Shown here piece after piece: positions 7,211 through 10,921 of a stretch of 10,921 nucleotides of DNA. Both the position numbers and the translations under genes were made by a program. The stretch is from Candidatus Aegiribacteria sp. (GTDB lineage: Bacteria; Fermentibacterota; Fermentibacteria; Fermentibacterales; JCC-6), in assembly GCA_046498225.1 (NCBI GenBank), contig JAWOBF010000027.1:1-10921 (forward strand), read 5' to 3'. Every line of letters begins with the position of its first letter. Position 1 is the stretch's first letter. The notes beneath the pieces are model-generated. The model was not told where the DNA came from. It did no database searches and worked only from the letters and a program-made list of their open reading frames with translations.

Positions 7211-7666
7211 TTATCGGTCGCAGCCGCATGCTCCCTCTGACGGTTCGGATGGACCGCAGCATGGTTCACCCGGTTCCGGTTTCAGAAGCCCCGCTCCCGC
7301 CAGAAGACCCGCCCTGATTATCAGCTCGGCTGGAATGGCTTCGTAGGTCTCTCCATCCACCGTTACCGTCCTGCATTCCGCATCCCCGCACGTGGAGCAG
7401 CAGCGGCTCTGGCCGGAAGTGGCGGAAAGCCATTCTTCAAGAGAAACCCCTTCGATCCATATGCGGTTCGATTCCAGAGGGTCCCGGGAGAACTCAGGTG
7501 GCGAAAGCGTTTCCTTCTTCAGAACAACCTCTATGTCCATCTGGCTCAGTGAACCGGCAAGCTTCCGTACCGCGTCCTCTATTGCCTCTTCGGTGGCTCC
7601 GCACCGGTCACATGTCTCGCCCTGTTCGTCTACCAGGCGCTGCCATCTGATCTGCAGCTTCTTCAT
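7211..7666 (-). CDS. DUF2703-like Cys-rich protein (thioredoxin-like CxxC), 151 aa
   Basis: LQIRWQRLVDE.GETCDRCG.T, ESNRIWI.G..LEEWL, CCSTCGDAECRTV...G.TYEAIPAELII.A, and C-terminal CCG...CGC. SD GGAG upstream. Family assigned from recalled motifs. Confidence 0.8.
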   Translation of the reverse strand: MKKLQIRWQRLVDEQGETCDRCGATEEAIEDAVRKLAGSLSQMDIEVVLKKETLSPPEFSRDPLESNRIWIEGVSLEEWLSATSGQSRCCSTCGDAECRTVTVDGETYEAIPAELIIRAGLLAGAGLLKPEPGEPCCGPSEPSEGACGCDR

Positions 7667-7795
7667 ACTGTCTCAACTCCGTTCATTTTCTGTCCAGTTT
7701 GCCTTCATGCCGTAAGAAATTTATCAAGCCCAGTTCCATTCGTACAGTAAATTGCCCGGGCGCGGTAGTGCCCCGAATCCGTTGCGGAACGGGTA

Positions 7796-9349
7796 TCACC
7801 TTATCAGCACGAACCTGGCCGGTTCCGACCCGGCGTCCAGGAAAACCACAGAGTATACACCACTGGGCAGGTAGGGAAGATCAAGCTGAGACACTCCGTT
7901 CTCGTCGAGTTCTCCAGCCGCAACCGTCCTGCCGGAAAGGTCCAGCAGAAGATAGTCCGCGCCGCCCTCCGGATGTTCCTGCCGGCTGATTCTGACAGAC
8001 CCGGTGTGGCACGGGTTGGGATACACATCTATGCTGCCCGCGCCCGGAGCTTCCGTTTCCAGCGAGGACGGACCGACGGGGTCGGCCAGCATGGCGAAGA
8101 GCCCTATGGAAGACCTTATCATGTCAGTACCGTATGGAAAGCTGGAGATGTAGTTCTCCAGGAGATCGTTCGGCTGGTGGTAGTATGGGTTGTATCCGCC
8201 CCATATTTCCTCCGCGCTGGCCTCCGCCACCTCTATGGCGCTGTAGCCGTACTGCCAGAATGAGGCGTGGTCGCTGGGGGCCCCCGGGTCGTACGTTACC
8301 CTGGGCGTGATGGCGGGTGAATACTCCGCGAACATCTCACCGGCGGCCAGCGCGAGGGGCTCAGACTGATCATTGTAGGGGATGTATGCGGAGTCGGACA
8401 GGTAAGGCGCGTACAGGACCATGTCCAGGTTTATGGCTCCCAGGATGTTGTCGCCCTGCTGGTAGGCCTGTTCCACATAGTACTCGCTGCCAACCATCCA
8501 GGCTTCTTCGGCAGCGAACAGTACGAACCTGATGGTGTTCCTGTACGAATAGGGCGACATAACCCGTACCGCTTCCAGAACGGCGGCGCTTCCGCTGCCG
8601 TTGTCGTCGGCTCCCGGCGCGGTGCTGGGGTTGCTGCAATATGAATCAAGGTGTCCGCAGATTATGTAGATGTCATCCGGGTTCTCGCTACCCGGTATCT
8701 CCGCGACCACATTGCTCATGGAGTCACCGGCGTAGCTGAAGGTCTGCAGCTGGCTGGATACACCGTGCGCTTCTATCCAGGTGTCCGCCCAGTCTGCGCT
8801 GGCGTCGTACTCCGGGCTGGTCATGTACCTTGTCCCATAGCTCTCCAGATGTGCGACAAGGGCTGTAATGCTGTCCTGGTCCACAGCCGCGACTATCTCG
8901 TCCACTACGGCAGTATCCGCGCGTGAAATGTCCGGCTCCGACATACTGATTCTCTCTCGGTGCGGTCGAAGGGGCCTGAGGAATCCGACCCCCGGTATCT
9001 CCACCGGTCCAGTTTTAGCTTCGGGAAGTCGGACAAGCAAAAAGTCGTTACTTTCCAGGACCACCTCGCCGGGGAGGGAAGGTATGGTTCCGTTACACTG
9101 GGCCGTGTACAGAATCCTGTAGCGGTCCAGATCCACAGGTGCGCTGTCGATCGTCAGCCACTGAAATTCCCGGGGAGGAGCGTCCTGCAACAGGGCCATG
9201 AACCAGTCGGACTCGATATGAACGATCAGGGCGTCTTCCATCCATGGCATCTCATCGACATCGCGCAGATCGCTCCGGACGAAGATAAGGTCGCTACGGC
9301 CAGGAAGCAGAAGGGCAAGAGACGCGATTAACGCTGTAAAGCAACTCAT
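7796..9349 (-). CDS. Secreted M28 aminopeptidase with N-terminal pro-region and T9SS type-A-like C-terminal domain, 517 aa
   Basis: Hydrophobic N-terminus; motifs CGHLDS, APGADDNGSG, AAEE, NLDMV, SDHASFW and YYHQPND; tail IDVYPNP...LLDLSGRTV...LPSGVYSV...RFVLIR. SD AGAGG. Confidence 0.9.
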   Translation of the reverse strand: MSCFTALIASLALLLPGRSDLIFVRSDLRDVDEMPWMEDALIVHIESDWFMALLQDAPPREFQWLTIDSAPVDLDRYRILYTAQCNGTIPSLPGEVVLESNDFLLVRLPEAKTGPVEIPGVGFLRPLRPHRERISMSEPDISRADTAVVDEIVAAVDQDSITALVAHLESYGTRYMTSPEYDASADWADTWIEAHGVSSQLQTFSYAGDSMSNVVAEIPGSENPDDIYIICGHLDSYCSNPSTAPGADDNGSGSAAVLEAVRVMSPYSYRNTIRFVLFAAEEAWMVGSEYYVEQAYQQGDNILGAINLDMVLYAPYLSDSAYIPYNDQSEPLALAAGEMFAEYSPAITPRVTYDPGAPSDHASFWQYGYSAIEVAEASAEEIWGGYNPYYHQPNDLLENYISSFPYGTDMIRSSIGLFAMLADPVGPSSLETEAPGAGSIDVYPNPCHTGSVRISRQEHPEGGADYLLLDLSGRTVAAGELDENGVSQLDLPYLPSGVYSVVFLDAGSEPARFVLIR

Positions 9350-9487
9350 TCAGACCTCTATTCACTACTTATAGACTAGTTAATATAACTGATGATATAG
9401 GTCAGGATGAGCAACCGTCAATGTTGATTCGAAAAGCCGTTGCTTTCAGAGGTATGAATGAGCCAAACCGGACATTTCGCGCGGATG

Positions 9488-10195
9488 TCATAACATCCCC
9501 TCCTCAAGCCTCCTGACGCCGGGAATGCGTTCGGGAAGCACAGATTCCACAAGCTGCCAGAACTCCCTGGAGTGGTTCCTGTGCCGCAGGTGGCAGAGTT
9601 CGTGTATGACCACGTATTCAAGGGTTTTCCTGGAAAGGTGAATGAGCCTGAGGTTGAGACTTATGTTTCCGTTCCTGCCGCAGCTTCCCCACCTGGTCTT
9701 CATGTCACGGATCGTAATCTTTCCGGGCGACACCTCCAGGATTTCGGAGTATTTCCTGATCAGAGGTTCGATGTCCCCCCTCAGCTTCCTCTTCAGCCAG
9801 AGGTCCAGCGCATTTCGAAGATCCGCTTCCGCTGCGCCTGCAGGACTGTATACGTGAAAACCGCTCCTGTACTCTATCCTCACTTTCCCTGCATCCGCCG
9901 GGTGTATGTGAAGAGAGAGCTTCCTGCCCCGGTACGGTACCCTGGCCCCATCTCTAATCTGGTAGGTGGTGAGGTCCCGCATCCTGTCAGCCTTCTTCCT
10001 CAGCATTTCCAGCTTGGCCGAGACCCATTCACCCTTTTCATGCATGAGACGGTGAAGCCGGCCGGGGCTGTCTCCAATGGGAGCAACCACTTCCACACGG
10101 CCGGGACGGACCACTATCCTTCTTCTTCTGGCCCTCCTGCTGAACCTGATCGTATAGGGGACGGTTACACCCCCCGCCTTGAGCTCGTATTCCAT
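9488..10195 (-). CDS. YgjP/DUF45 (SprT-like) zinc metalloprotease-family protein, 235 aa
   Basis: IRDMKTRWGSC...G.I.LN..L...LEYVVIHELCHLRHRNHSREFWQLV (HExxH). The start overlaps the upstream stop (TAATG). Confidence 0.9.
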   Translation of the reverse strand: MEYELKAGGVTVPYTIRFSRRARRRRIVVRPGRVEVVAPIGDSPGRLHRLMHEKGEWVSAKLEMLRKKADRMRDLTTYQIRDGARVPYRGRKLSLHIHPADAGKVRIEYRSGFHVYSPAGAAEADLRNALDLWLKRKLRGDIEPLIRKYSEILEVSPGKITIRDMKTRWGSCGRNGNISLNLRLIHLSRKTLEYVVIHELCHLRHRNHSREFWQLVESVLPERIPGVRRLEEGML

Positions 10196-10840
10196 TATCC
10201 GCTTTCATCCATTACTATTTTCCGGGCGAGGTCATCGAATACTGCCGTCAGGGAAAGTGGCGTTCCCGGAGGGCATTCGATAGCAAAGCTGCCATTCTCC
10301 CTGTACCTGTATTTCCCGGCAGTGGTTACAGGGAGCTGGCGCCCTATTTCGTCAAACACCAGTACATCCCTGGTGGGGTAGAGTGGATGGTCCGGAACCG
10401 TCCATGAATAAGAAGCTAGCGGTAGAATCCATCTCGGGAAAGTTCTTTTCCAGCCACCTCTCAGCATCATCGATATCGGCCAGAAGGTATTCCGACAGGC
10501 CCCGAACCCTGGAGTCAACCACTATTCTAAAGAACCTTCCCGAATGCTCGAACCCCGATGGCATGAAATCCCCGAGAACGAAAAGCTGTTCCGATCTCAT
10601 TTCAGGGTCATCCTGAATTCGGTCCTCGAGCCTTCTCGCCTTCTCGTACTGACCGCTGTGAAGGTAGAGCATTATCAGATGGGCGGCGAAAAAGAGTTTT
10701 CGTCCTGCTGAATCCATCCTTCCCAGCAGTAATTCTGTAACGGGAATGAACAGACGGCCCGCCAGGGGGGAGTAGATAAGCCTGCGCAGATATTCATCTC
10801 TTCTTGACAGATTATCGATCAGTCTTCTCCCGGCATGCAA
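10195..10840 (-). pseudogene. Frameshifted hypothetical gene (pseudogene or sequencing indel); 5' end uncertain
   Basis: The 10352..10840 frame looks protein-like up to about ...FMDGSGPSTLP. The 10195..10518 frame looks protein-like from ...TRDVLVFDEIG and ends in a TAATG overlap with the next gene. Removing one base from the 4-nt run at 10375-10378 joins them. Confidence 0.5.
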
Positions 10841-10921
10841 AGAGGTGGATCAGGTTTCGGAAGGGGGGAGGTCCCTGAATGTTCCTTTGTATCAATCAAT
10901 TCCACGCATCCTTCTGTTCTC

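Noticed and set aside
9388..9400. AGTTA-N3-TAACT palindrome resembling the half-sites at 5218-5231
   Set aside because: Short, with opposite half-site arrangement, and easily produced by chance in AT-rich intergenic DNA.
9488..10195. YgjP-like gene as a marker of a type I restriction-modification or defence island
   Set aside because: No hsd, integrase, transposase or other defence genes are visible in the window.
3699..10381. Long plus-strand ORFs 3699..4397, 5773..6681, 9572..10381 and smaller ones
   Set aside because: Antisense to well-supported minus-strand genes; expected in GC-rich DNA and lacking motifs.

Overview
A GC-rich bacterial window. Two proteins carry T9SS type-A-like C-terminal sorting domains, which suggests an FCB-superphylum organism; the rhodanese-type ergothioneine pathway suggests an anaerobe (both inference). 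Left to right: a partial CAP/SCP-domain gene (minus strand, missing from the ORF track); a plus-strand secreted beta-propeller gene; a minus-strand operon of flavodoxin-like protein, EanB-type rhodanese and EanA/EgtD-type histidine methyltransferase (anaerobic ergothioneine biosynthesis); an iron-sulfur flavoprotein; a cytoplasmic PA-domain M28 peptidase; a Cys-rich DUF2703-like protein; a secreted M28 peptidase with a T9SS tail; a YgjP/DUF45 metalloprotease; and a frameshifted gene at the right edge. The most notable observation is that the two ORF-track calls 749..1231 and 1253..1873 read as one gene (875..1873, 332 aa). It is interrupted by a single in-frame TGA directly after a Cys codon and followed by a bacterial SECIS-like hairpin with a GGU loop. 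This makes it a candidate selenoprotein with a Cys-Sec motif in a secreted five-bladed beta-propeller, whose sorting domain would be made only if UGA is recoded.
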